DNA of 64,000 nt from an uncultured Gammaproteobacteria bacterium (GCA_964497535.1 CAZCCG010000002.1:104227-168226); one strand, 5' to 3'; positions 28,477 through 37,477 are shown, numbered from the stretch's first letter. The notes: generated from the letters alone by a model not told the origin. A program made the numbers and translations.

Positions 28477-28513
28477 GCCCGGTTTCCCATTCGTGGGGAG
28501 CCGGGCTCTTTTT
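28477..28513 (+). terminator. Intrinsic terminator
   Basis: GCCCGGTTTCCCA-TTCG-TGGGGAGCCGGGC followed by TCTTTTT. Confidence 0.85.
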
Positions 28514-28522
28514 ATGGGATAA

Positions 28523-28558
28523 TCCCGATGTGTCTACCTACCACACACCGGGTGTGTG
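28523..28558. repeat. REP-like element copy 4
   Basis: tcccgatgtgtctacctaccacacaccgggtgtgtg, 2 differences from copy 3; 10 nt from the tRNA 3' end. Confidence 0.9.
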
Positions 28559-28568
28559 TAAAAAGGAG

Positions 28569-28640
28569 TGGACCCGAGAGGATTCGAACCCCTGACATCT
28601 GCAATGTGAATGCAGCGCTCTACCACTGAGCTACGAGTCC
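28569..28640 (-). tRNA. tRNA-Val(CAC), CCA not encoded
   Basis: GGACTCG/CGGGTCC acceptor stem, D arm GCTCAGTGGTAGAGC, CTGCA-TTCACAT-TGCAG anticodon arm, GGTTCGAATCC T loop. Confidence 0.95.
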
Positions 28641-28808
28641 TAATAAACCAGCTGCTTGCCCCGTATATTTGCTCTTGCGAAACCCCGATATAATGGGGAT
28701 GAGCAAGTAAGAATTGTACGGGGAGCCAAGCGGCCTCAAATCAACCCTTATCTTACCATAAAAACCCTCACATTGACAAAGAAAGCCAATATTTGGGAGA
28801 ATAGATAG

Positions 28809-29399
28809 ATGAGTCTTACTACCCGAATATTTCTCTTCCTTGTTGATATTGCCCAAACACTTCTGATTGCAGGAGTTTTATTTTTAATCATTTATAAAAC
28901 GCTGGTAGCTCCTTTTCAGGTCAATGGACAATCTATGTTTCCCAATTTCCATGATGGAGAGTATGTGCTTACCAACCTGATCGGATTTGAAGATCTCTTT
29001 GTATATAAAGTACATTTTGGCAAGCTCAAATTAGGAGATGTAGTGGTATTTAAGGCTCCTCCTGATCCTTCAAAAGATTATATAAAACGTGTAATTGGCG
29101 TGGCAGGTGATACCGTAATGATCCAAAATGGGGATGTTTATTTGAATGGAAAACTTCTTGACCAAAGTTCGTTTCTGGGAGCTGAGGTAAAAACATACGG
29201 CGGAGCATTTATGCCGGAAGGGGTTACCAAAACAGTACCACAAGGGAATTATTTTGTAATGGGTGACAATCGGGGAGGAAGTTCAGATTCGCGGGAATGG
29301 GGATTTGTTCCTCAAGATGTAGTAATTGGGACATCCATGTTAGTGTATTGGCCGGTTAATGAAGTACGAATAGTGAAAAATCCCTATACCAAACAATAA
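28809..29399 (+). CDS. lepB: Signal peptidase I
   Basis: GQSMFP (Ser), YIKRVIG (Lys), MGDNR..SSDSR.WG. Confidence 0.95.
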   Translation: MSLTTRIFLFLVDIAQTLLIAGVLFLIIYKTLVAPFQVNGQSMFPNFHDGEYVLTNLIGFEDLFVYKVHFGKLKLGDVVVFKAPPDPSKDYIKRVIGVAGDTVMIQNGDVYLNGKLLDQSSFLGAEVKTYGGAFMPEGVTKTVPQGNYFVMGDNRGGSSDSREWGFVPQDVVIGTSMLVYWPVNEVRIVKNPYTKQ

Positions 29400-30233
29400 T
29401 TATTCTGCCAAACCTTCTTTTGTTAAAATTTCGTGGATTTTCTTCAGCTGTGGTGACGTTTTTTCCGGATCTCCTTTGATCACAATTGTCATACGAGCCA
29501 ACAAACGGGATTGAAATACTGATACTTTGTCAAATTCATATTTCTTCTCAATTGCCTGTGCCATTTCATCAAGCTCAGGAATCCATAACCGGTCTTTTTT
29601 GGTGTTGGGCTCTTTTTTCTGTTGTTCACCTTTGATATGCCGGGCATCTTCCTCTGCCTGACGAACCGTCAGATTTTCTTTGAGAATCTTTTTAAAAAGT
29701 TCCAGCATAAGCTTGGGATCTCCCAAAGAAATCAAAGGCCGCACATGTCCTTCGGTAATAACTCCGGCTACTAACGCATCTTTAATAGCATCAGGAAGCG
29801 TCAATAACCGAATCGTGTTGGAAACTGCAGGAGCACTTTTTCCTACTCTTTTAGCAACTTCTGTGGTTCCGAGACCAAATTCATCAATAAGTCTCTTGTA
29901 TGCCAGGGCTCGTTCAATAGGATTAAGATCCTCCCGTTGTACATTTTCAACGATTGACATCTCAAGCATTCCCTGAGGAGTGGTTATCTTCACGACTACA
30001 GGAACCACCTTCAAGCCTACAATTTTTGCTGCTCTCCAACGGCGTTCACCTGCAATAATCTGATACCCTGCCGGTGTTTTGGCAACTACAATTGGTTCCA
30101 AAATCCCCTGTTCTTTAATAGAATCAACCAGTTCTGAAAGAGATTCGGGCATAATTACACCCCGGGGCTGAAGAGGATTTGACTGAAGGAGCTGAATTTC
30201 CAGCTCGTATATTCGTTCTTCTTGTGAATCCAT
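29400..30233 (-). CDS. parB: ParB/Spo0J partition protein
   Basis: NPLQPR, IIAGERRWRA, ENVQREDLNPIE, HTH. Confidence 0.95.
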   Translation of the reverse strand: MDSQEERIYELEIQLLQSNPLQPRGVIMPESLSELVDSIKEQGILEPIVVAKTPAGYQIIAGERRWRAAKIVGLKVVPVVVKITTPQGMLEMSIVENVQREDLNPIERALAYKRLIDEFGLGTTEVAKRVGKSAPAVSNTIRLLTLPDAIKDALVAGVITEGHVRPLISLGDPKLMLELFKKILKENLTVRQAEEDARHIKGEQQKKEPNTKKDRLWIPELDEMAQAIEKKYEFDKVSVFQSRLLARMTIVIKGDPEKTSPQLKKIHEILTKEGLAE

Positions 30234-30241
30234 ACAATTGG

Positions 30242-30499
30242 TTAACCTTGAGCAGTAACTACCTCTACTACTTTTTTGCCTCTGCGGATTTTAAACTGAA
30301 CAACACCCTGCGCTACCGCAAATAAGGTGTAATCTCTTCCCATACCCACATTTTTCCCAGGATGAAATTTAGTACCTTTTTGACGAACCAAAATATTTCC
30401 CGCAATTGCAGGCTGTCCACCATAGATTTTAACTCCAAGTCTTTTGGCTTTGGAATCTCTATTTCCTTTAACTGCTCCTTGTGCTTTTGTATGTGCCAT
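30242..30499 (-). CDS. rpmA: 50S ribosomal protein L27
   Basis: MAHTKA.G....[19 protein letters not shown]. Confidence 0.97.
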   Translation of the reverse strand: MAHTKAQGAVKGNRDSKAKRLGVKIYGGQPAIAGNILVRQKGTKFHPGKNVGMGRDYTLFAVAQGVVQFKIRRGKKVVEVVTAQG

Positions 30500-30572
30500 A
30501 TAAATCTTTGTTTGTGAAAACTTAAGTCTATTTTAGCTTGATTTTTCACAATGTCAAGCTACTCAAAATAGA

Positions 30573-30995
30573 TCAGCTTGTTTTACTTTTTTTGACGATT
30601 GCTTTCTTTTTTACAACCTTGGGTGCTACGCTTCCTTTTTCTACTTTGGGGGCTGTTTCTACTTTTTTTGCGGGTTTGTCATCCTTGCCACGAATTTGGC
30701 TGATTTTGACTTTGGTCAAAGATTGACGATGTCCCTGTACTCTTCTATATCGTGCTTTTGCCTTGAATTGAGAAACGCGAATTTTGTCGCCTTTCATATC
30801 GCCCAGAATATCGGCTGTTACAACCACATCTGAAAGAAGAGGAGCCCCAACGAGTGAATGAGCATCATTTACATACAAAAGAACTTCTCCAAAGGTGATT
30901 GTCTTCCCATCATGGGTAAGTCGCTCTACCTCAAGGATATCCCCTTCTGATACTCTATATTGCTTTCCCCCGGTCTTAATAACTGCGTATTTCAT
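30573..30995 (-). CDS. rplU: 50S ribosomal protein L21 with Lys-rich tail
   Basis: YAVIKTGGKQYRV, GHRQ.LT. Confidence 0.97.
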   Translation of the reverse strand: MKYAVIKTGGKQYRVSEGDILEVERLTHDGKTITFGEVLLYVNDAHSLVGAPLLSDVVVTADILGDMKGDKIRVSQFKAKARYRRVQGHRQSLTKVKISQIRGKDDKPAKKVETAPKVEKGSVAPKVVKKKAIVKKSKTS

Positions 30996-31022
30996 AGATA
31001 TTTGGGTATTATACCAAAATAC

Positions 31023-32102
31023 TCACCGGATTTCTAGAATCTCCTTCTTTTTGGAGTATCTACTAAAAGAAGAGACTATTCCTACTATTATAAAACTGGA
31101 GAGAATGGAGCTACCTCCATAGGATACAAAGGGCAATGTAATACCTACAATCGGAACCAACCCGATATTCATGCCTATGTTTATAAAAAATTGGATTAAT
31201 AACAGAAAAAAGGCTGAAATGGTGAATATTTTACAAAACATATCGGAGGAATCCAAAAATACACGAAACATGTGATAGAGAAGCAAAGCAAAGAGCACAA
31301 TTACCAAAACTGAGCCTACAAACCCTAAATCTTCCGAAAGGGTAGCAAATATAAAATCTGTATGATGCTCAGGCAAAAACTGTAACCCCGATTGTGTCCC
31401 CAAGCTCAACCCCTTGCCAAAAAATCCTCCGGATCCCACCGCAATCAGTGACTGAATCGCATTATAAGAAATGCCCAATGGATCGCTAGCGGGATTGATA
31501 AATGTCAAAAGCCGTTGCCGTTGATATCCATGCAGAAACGTCAGCAAAAAAGGAAAAGAAATTCCCACCAATACTATTCCTCCTAGAAATACCCAGAGTG
31601 GATATCCGACAACCAACAAAGTAGAAAATACGACAAGACAATATAAAATCGCGTTGCCCAGATCCGGTTGCTTATCAATCAGAAGTACAATGGGAGAAAG
31701 AAAAAGCAGTACCAGAAAAAAATTTCTGACAGTGGGAGTTCTCTGGGATAAAAAAGTTGCAAAGGCAATCAGGAGAAATGGTTTGAGAATTTCTGAGAAT
31801 TGAATACGAAACCCTATAATTTCAACCCAACGGACTGCTCCGCGGCTGGAGATTCCCAACAGGAGCACCAATACCAATAATATAAAAGAAACAATATAAA
31901 TCGGCTTCTCATATATTTGCAAAAGCCGGATATCTATTTGAGAAATACCAACAAATACAATCAATGAGAAAATCGCATATACGAGCTGGGCTTTAAAATA
32001 ATCTCCCTGAATAGAAAAAAGAGTAACTAACCCCAGAAGTACCAGAAAAACCACCGGCAATAGAATTCCCCAATTAATATTGGCCAAAAGTGATCTGATC
32101 AT
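31023..32102 (-). CDS. rodA: SEDS peptidoglycan polymerase (RodA/FtsW)
   Basis: QPDLG, YQRQR, FLPEHHTDFIF, GITLPFVSYGGSS. Confidence 0.85.
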   Translation of the reverse strand: MIRSLLANINWGILLPVVFLVLLGLVTLFSIQGDYFKAQLVYAIFSLIVFVGISQIDIRLLQIYEKPIYIVSFILLVLVLLLGISSRGAVRWVEIIGFRIQFSEILKPFLLIAFATFLSQRTPTVRNFFLVLLFLSPIVLLIDKQPDLGNAILYCLVVFSTLLVVGYPLWVFLGGIVLVGISFPFLLTFLHGYQRQRLLTFINPASDPLGISYNAIQSLIAVGSGGFFGKGLSLGTQSGLQFLPEHHTDFIFATLSEDLGFVGSVLVIVLFALLLYHMFRVFLDSSDMFCKIFTISAFFLLLIQFFINIGMNIGLVPIVGITLPFVSYGGSSILSSFIIVGIVSSFSRYSKKKEILEIR

Positions 32103-35020
32103 ATGCGTTGGACAGAAAACGCATCACTTGTTGAAAGGTTGCGAACCAATGCTTGTTTTTTGATATGCTCTTCAAATTCTTTCGGCCAATCAGACAACGT
32201 CACATCTACCTGTTCAGAAAGTGTCGTGCCAAGTTTTTTTCTCTCTTCCTGAATCTTTCTCACAATATCTCTGGCTTGTCCTTCCTTCTCAAGCTGAGGA
32301 GTAATCATAGTATCAAGTTCAACCTTGAGTTCTCCCGTTCCTTTTTCAAACTTTATTTCCTTAACATTTAGTTCTTCTTTTAATAATTGCGTCATTTGAT
32401 CATTGAATGAAAATTGAAAATTATAAATTGTAAATTTAGATAAGGGTTGTTTTACTTTTAGTTGTTTCTCCTTCCGCTGTGCATGCCCAAGTTCTACAAT
32501 CTTTCTAATGTGATCCATCTGCGCTCCCAATTCTTGATTCATAATTCGTGATTCATAATTTGGCCATGCAGCAAGATGAACAGATTCTTCCCCAGTTAAA
32601 TTCTTGTAAATACTTTCGGCAAAAAAAGGCGTGATCGGAGCAAGAAGCTTAGATAGTGTTATGAGAACTTCATAACAGGTAGCATAAAATGCTTGTTTGT
32701 CTGCTTCATCCTCTGTGCTTGGTCCGACTCTATCACGACTGCGTCTGATATACCACGTTGAAAAATCAGTAATAAAGTTTTGAAGAAGTGTTATTGCGGT
32801 AACCGTATCAAAATCTTCCAGTGCATCAGTTACCTCTTTGATAAGCGTATGTAAAAGAGAACTAATCCACTGATCCAATATATTCTTTGAAATTGGAAAT
32901 TGGAAATTGGAAATTTGAAATTCTTTTAGATTCCATCCATCAGTCGTGGCGTAGGTTACAAAGAAGTTATAGACATTCCACAAAATCAGCATCATTCCCC
33001 GTACCTGCAGACGGTATTGTTCTTCAGAAATGATAATATCCTCTCCATGCATGACCGGGCTTCCCAACAAATAGAGGCGCAATGCATCTCCTCCATATCG
33101 TTCAAGCATTTCTTTGGGGTCAGGATAGTTTTTGAAGTTTTTACTCATTTTTCTGCCATCAGTTCCCAGAATTACTCCTTCAACTACTACATTTTTTGCC
33201 AGATAATTCTGTCCGTCATGGCGCAACTTGAGTGCATTGGCAATAACATGCAGGACATAAAACCATGCCCGGATTTGTCCGGTGTATTCGGCAATAAATT
33301 GCGGAGGATAAAAACTCTCAAGAGGAGGCAACTTGCCCTGAGAGGAATCAAAGGGCTTGCCCTGAGCGGAGTCGAAGGGCTTGCCCTGAACGGAGCTGAA
33401 GGGATAATGCCGTTCACCAAAAGAGGCAGAACCGGCTTCTATCCAACTGTCCAGAACCTCCGGTACCCGATGGGCTTTTTTGCCGCATTTTTTGCACGTT
33501 ACAACAATCTCATCAATCTCGGGTTTGTGCAAAGTAGTAACTGTTTGCCCTGACGCTTGCTCTAATTCTTTAATACTACCCGGTACAAACCGCTGTCCAC
33601 ATTCACATTCCCATACCGGCACCGGACTTCCCCAATATCTGTTACGGGATATATTCCAATCAGGAGCATTCTCAAGACTCTTTAAAAATCTACCGTTTTT
33701 AAAATGAGCCGGGAACCAATTCACCATTTCATTCGTCTTGGCCATATCCTTTTTCAAATCCTGGACATGCACATACCATGCATTAATTGGAGCGTGATAC
33801 AAACGAGTATGACACCGCCAGCATAGCGGGACATTATGTAATGCTTCTTCGTTTCTATAAATTAATCCTCTGTTTTTCAAATCTTCGTCCACAACCTTAT
33901 TGGCTTTGAGATAATACATGCCGCCAAATTTGGGAACATCGGTTTTGATAATTCCCTCTTCATCCAAATGCATTTCGATATGGATATTATTCTCAAGCAT
34001 TGCCTTCAAATCTTCTTCTCCATATGGTGCTATCGTGACAACGCCAGTCCCCTCTTCTGCGGTGACAAAATCTCCCCCAACGATTTCAAATGCTTTTTCT
34101 CCGGGTTCGATTGGATAGTAATCATAATGAGGAATAAAATGCCGCCCGATCAGTTTGGTGCCTTTGAATTCTTCAACAACTTCATATTCTCCCGTGAGCA
34201 TTTTAAGGGTGGTCTTTGCGAGAATATAATACTCATCACGTTGCTTAACTTTCATATATGTGAATTGGGGATTTACTGCCAGAGCCGAAGTTACAATTTT
34301 ATTCCATGGAGTAGTAGACCACGCTAATATGAAAGTCCCCGGTTCGTCTTTCAATTCATACTTATATGTCGTTGCCGCATCAAGAATTTCTTTATGGTTC
34401 TCAGCATCCATTGCTACTTCAAAATTGGAAATGGGGGTTGCACAATGTGGACAGTAGAGTGAAACCCGAAGACCTTTATAAACAAACCCTTTCTCATACA
34501 TTTGCTTAAAAACCCACATGACCGATTCCATGTAGGGCATGTCCCAGGTTTTATAGGCATGCTTGAAATCTGCCCATCTCCCAATATGATCGATATACCA
34601 CTCCCATTCCCCTGAAACTTCATTTACGTAGTGAAGGCATCGTTGAATAAACTTTTTTATTCCGATTTTTTCTTCAATATCTTTTTTGCGCTTTATCTCC
34701 AATTCTCCCTCTACTTTGTTTTCAATCGGAAGTCCGTGTCCATCCCATCCCCATACCCGTCGCACATGATACCCCTTCATTGTCCAATACCGGCCATAGA
34801 CATCTTTAGGGAGACTGGAAAGAAGGGTTCCATAATGCGGCATGCCGGTAACAAAAGGCGGACCGTCCAGAAATGTCCAGTCACCTTTGGGAGAATCCTT
34901 TTCCAAAGACTTTTCAAATATTTTATCTTTTTTCCAAAACTTCAATATCTCTTCCTCAAGTTGTGGGAAATTTACTTTAGGATCAACAGGAGCAAACCTG
35001 TTTTGTTTTTTGTCAGCCAT
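32099..35020 (-). CDS. ileS: Isoleucine-tRNA ligase, type 2
   Basis: DGPPF..G.PHYG, GWD.HGLPIE, WSTTPW, DWNISRNRYWG, KMSK; C-terminal EG.ARD..R.IQ..RK of IleRS2; ATG 35020 after TACAAT. Confidence 0.95.
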   Translation of the reverse strand: MADKKQNRFAPVDPKVNFPQLEEEILKFWKKDKIFEKSLEKDSPKGDWTFLDGPPFVTGMPHYGTLLSSLPKDVYGRYWTMKGYHVRRVWGWDGHGLPIENKVEGELEIKRKKDIEEKIGIKKFIQRCLHYVNEVSGEWEWYIDHIGRWADFKHAYKTWDMPYMESVMWVFKQMYEKGFVYKGLRVSLYCPHCATPISNFEVAMDAENHKEILDAATTYKYELKDEPGTFILAWSTTPWNKIVTSALAVNPQFTYMKVKQRDEYYILAKTTLKMLTGEYEVVEEFKGTKLIGRHFIPHYDYYPIEPGEKAFEIVGGDFVTAEEGTGVVTIAPYGEEDLKAMLENNIHIEMHLDEEGIIKTDVPKFGGMYYLKANKVVDEDLKNRGLIYRNEEALHNVPLCWRCHTRLYHAPINAWYVHVQDLKKDMAKTNEMVNWFPAHFKNGRFLKSLENAPDWNISRNRYWGSPVPVWECECGQRFVPGSIKELEQASGQTVTTLHKPEIDEIVVTCKKCGKKAHRVPEVLDSWIEAGSASFGERHYPFSSVQGKPFDSAQGKPFDSSQGKLPPLESFYPPQFIAEYTGQIRAWFYVLHVIANALKLRHDGQNYLAKNVVVEGVILGTDGRKMSKNFKNYPDPKEMLERYGGDALRLYLLGSPVMHGEDIIISEEQYRLQVRGMMLILWNVYNFFVTYATTDGWNLKEFQISNFQFPISKNILDQWISSLLHTLIKEVTDALEDFDTVTAITLLQNFITDFSTWYIRRSRDRVGPSTEDEADKQAFYATCYEVLITLSKLLAPITPFFAESIYKNLTGEESVHLAAWPNYESRIMNQELGAQMDHIRKIVELGHAQRKEKQLKVKQPLSKFTIYNFQFSFNDQMTQLLKEELNVKEIKFEKGTGELKVELDTMITPQLEKEGQARDIVRKIQEERKKLGTTLSEQVDVTLSDWPKEFEEHIKKQALVRNLSTSDAFSVQRI
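32408..32435. repeat. 4 x 7-bp degenerate repeat inside ileS (FTIYNFQFS)
   Basis: tgaaaat tgaaaat tataaat tgtaaat. Confidence 0.6.
32529..32560. repeat. 7/14-bp tandem repeat inside ileS (NYESRIMNQEL)
   Basis: aattcttgattcat aattcgtgattcat aatt. Confidence 0.75.
32887..32921. repeat. 5 x 7-bp tandem repeat inside ileS (FQISNFQFPISK)
   Basis: ttgaaat tggaaat tggaaat tggaaat ttgaaat. Confidence 0.85.
33332..33403. repeat. 3 x 24-bp in-frame tandem repeat inside ileS (PFDSAQGK x3)
   Basis: cttgccctgagaggaatcaaaggg / cttgccctgagcggagtcgaaggg / cttgccctgaacggagctgaaggg. Confidence 0.92.
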
Positions 35021-35082
35021 ATGCCTCATTGTACCTAATTTATGCTTATTCTTCAATCCAGCCTATCTGTTATAATTGCGCT

Positions 35083-35448
35083 ATGAATAAACGACGAATT
35101 GTTGAGACGTATACCCAAGGTTGGGAGAGAGGAAATAAAGAACAAATTCTGAGTGTTTTGAACACTGACTGCACGATTATTGAATCCCATGGACCTTTGT
35201 ATCGGGGTTTGCAAAAAGTAGAGTTGTGGATTGATGATTGGAAGAAAAAAAGAAATAGAGTAATGCGCTGGGATATTAAATCTTTTTACGTCCTCCAGGA
35301 CACGGTCCTTTTTGAATGGCATTTTCAGTGCATGGTAGATAATATGGCACATGCATTTGATGGAATTAGTATTGTGAAGTTCTCAAAAAACAAAATAAGC
35401 TATATACGCGAATACAAAACAACCGCTCCCCTCTACACCCCTAACTAA
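35083..35448 (+). CDS. SnoaL/NTF2-like protein
   Basis: Y...W..G, ESHGP.Y.G, FEW.F, DG.S...F...KI..IREY. Confidence 0.75.
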   Translation: MNKRRIVETYTQGWERGNKEQILSVLNTDCTIIESHGPLYRGLQKVELWIDDWKKKRNRVMRWDIKSFYVLQDTVLFEWHFQCMVDNMAHAFDGISIVKFSKNKISYIREYKTTAPLYTPN

Positions 35449-35516
35449 CTCTATACTTTACGCTTTACGTTTCCTCTTTAACTATACGCTATACCCTAAC
35501 ACCTAAACGCTAACGC
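35449..35516. repeat. Intergenic degenerate heptamer tract (CTWWACG-like)
   Basis: ctttacg ctttacg ... ctatacg ctatacc ctaacac ctaaacg ctaacgc. Confidence 0.6.
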
Positions 35517-35568
35517 ATTCTCCCTATTGTTTTTGAAAAAAAATTCTAATACACTATTTTATACTGCA

Positions 35569-36975
35569 ATGAAATACATCTTTATTACCTTTGCCAGACT
35601 TGCTGACCCAGTCGCTTACAAACTAAAACTTGAAGGTTTTGATGTAACCGTCGGCGTTATCGAAAATGTCAAAGAATACGTAATGGAAGAGGAAGTATCA
35701 GGAGCCAAAGAAGATGAATACGAAAAGCAAACCCGTATCTCCCAATTTAAAGGACTATTAGAACTGCAAGAAGCCAATAAAGTTATTGAATGGATGAAAA
35801 CTATCAAGAATCCTCATGACTATTTTGTTTTTTTTGATGAAAACAATTTATATCGATGGGCAGATAAAATCCGTGATTTGGGCTTTGAGGGAAATTTCCC
35901 CACCAAAGAAGATTTCATGTTTGAAATAGACCGCGACATGGCGAAAAAATTTGTAAAAGAACATTATCCCCGACTCAATACTCCCGAAGTTGTAGAATTT
36001 AGCAAAGTTGAAGATGCACTGAAATTTGTAGAAAAGACAGACCAGATTTGGGTACTGAAAGGAAAAGATGATAGCGCCCAAACATTTGTCCCCGACGTAA
36101 ATGATGTAGGGTTGGCAAAGGGACAATTGACAGAGATGCTTAAAAACTTCCCCAACAAATATGAAAAACGGGGATTTATCCTGGAGCTTTTGATCCCATC
36201 AATCGTAGAACTAACTCCTGAAAAACTCTATTATGATGGTGTTCCGTTGGGCACCAGTATCGATCTGGAAAACAAGTCATTTGGGAGCGGAAATATCTCG
36301 ACTCAGACAGGATGTGCCCAGGATCTGGTGTTTCCGACGGATATGGATGACCGTATCAATCGAATTGCTTTCCCCGAAATTGTTGATGAAATGGCGAGAA
36401 ATCATAAAGGACTTTTCATCTGGGATGCGTCAATTCTTATCAATAGACGGGATGGGAAAATGTATTTTGGGGAATTCTGTTCAAACCGCGCCGGATACAA
36501 TTCATTCTTTACAGAACTTGCGCAATCTCCATCTGTAAATGACTTTTTTGAAAAAGTAGTCCACAAAAAAAATCCCTATACCCTGGGAACTGTTGCCACA
36601 TCAGTCCGTATTTTTAACATGAATACCGATGATAATGATAAAGTTTCGGCAAATATCACTATTGATTACAAACCGGAAATCGAAAAAGATTTATGGTTGT
36701 GGGATGTACGCAAAAATCAGCGGGGAAGACTTGTTACCGTCGGTGCGGATTGGAATTTAGCAGTCATTACAGGATCGGGCAAATCAATTGATGAAGCTGT
36801 AAATAGAATGTATAAAAATGTTGATGGGTTTTCATTTGTAGGAGGGTATTGGAGATCAAAAGACGATTACTTATCCCTGGATTATTCAACTTCAATTCTC
36901 AACCGGTTAAATTACGGATTGGAACGAGGACTCTACAAACTTCCTTTTGACGTAAAAGTCGGGAATATTAAATAA
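35569..36975 (+). CDS. Divergent PurD (GARS)-like ATP-grasp ligase
   Basis: EIDR...K, TP...EF....A..F, WVLKG, FILE, ENK.FG.GN...QTG, YFGEF..R.GY, C-terminal ITGSGKSIDEA...Y. Confidence 0.7.
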   Translation: MKYIFITFARLADPVAYKLKLEGFDVTVGVIENVKEYVMEEEVSGAKEDEYEKQTRISQFKGLLELQEANKVIEWMKTIKNPHDYFVFFDENNLYRWADKIRDLGFEGNFPTKEDFMFEIDRDMAKKFVKEHYPRLNTPEVVEFSKVEDALKFVEKTDQIWVLKGKDDSAQTFVPDVNDVGLAKGQLTEMLKNFPNKYEKRGFILELLIPSIVELTPEKLYYDGVPLGTSIDLENKSFGSGNISTQTGCAQDLVFPTDMDDRINRIAFPEIVDEMARNHKGLFIWDASILINRRDGKMYFGEFCSNRAGYNSFFTELAQSPSVNDFFEKVVHKKNPYTLGTVATSVRIFNMNTDDNDKVSANITIDYKPEIEKDLWLWDVRKNQRGRLVTVGADWNLAVITGSGKSIDEAVNRMYKNVDGFSFVGGYWRSKDDYLSLDYSTSILNRLNYGLERGLYKLPFDVKVGNIK

Positions 36976-36988
36976 AGCAGCTTATTCT

Positions 36989-37477
36989 TTAGTTCTCTTC
37001 CCAAACTTCCGCAATCGCAACTTTTGATTTTTCTATTCTTTTTTCAGACGGTTGGTCTTTGTGTAGTTGGTCAGTGACATGCTCCACAGCGGTCTGGATT
37101 TTTGCAGTATCAATTCGTTTCTCATGGCTCTTCCAGTCATATCCCAGGTTTTCTATAAATTGACGTTCAATTTTATTGGCGAGCCGGTGATATTTTCGAT
37201 ATAATTTGTACTCTTGAGGATACTGATCCGGAGCATCATCATCAGTATCAAATTTATCAATAAGTGCGGGGGTAATTCCTGCAGATTTTATCAATGTAAA
37301 TTCGATAAATTCATGGATAAAAATTGCGTTGTTGACAATCGGGTCACCCATATCATAGGCAACAATCGTATTATCAAAATAGTCTCCCACATCTTCATAC
37401 CGCATGATTTTGCGGATTTCAAAACGCACCTTTTGGTAGTCTACGAGTCGTTCCTTGAGCTCATCCTGGGATTTCAT
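36989..37477 (-). CDS. Hypothetical protein with HExxE...H putative metal site
   Basis: RYEDVGDY, IHEFIE, GI....IDKFD, YH..A..IE, LG.DW; ATG 37477 after TATAAT. Confidence 0.7.
   Translation of the reverse strand: MKSQDELKERLVDYQKVRFEIRKIMRYEDVGDYFDNTIVAYDMGDPIVNNAIFIHEFIEFTLIKSAGITPALIDKFDTDDDAPDQYPQEYKLYRKYHRLANKIERQFIENLGYDWKSHEKRIDTAKIQTAVEHVTDQLHKDQPSEKRIEKSKVAIAEVWEEN

Noticed and set aside
15996-28558. REP copies as a CRISPR array
   Set aside because: Spacing is 0.7-9 kb with whole genes between copies, orientations are mixed, and there are no cas genes
16775-28640. Prophage or integrative element at tRNA-Val
   Set aside because: No integrase or phage structural genes, and I found no duplicate of the tRNA 3' end in the window
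28651-28733. SRP or 6S RNA
   Set aside because: No CAGG-GNRA-AGCA helix-8 motif, and too short with no central bubble for 6S; kept only as an unassigned hairpin
29400-30995. parB without parA, and rplU-rpmA without prp
   Set aside because: parA may be elsewhere, and L27 has no N-terminal extension so Prp is not needed
33332-33403. 24-bp repeats as a mini-CRISPR
   Set aside because: Directly tandem with no spacers, and in frame inside ileS
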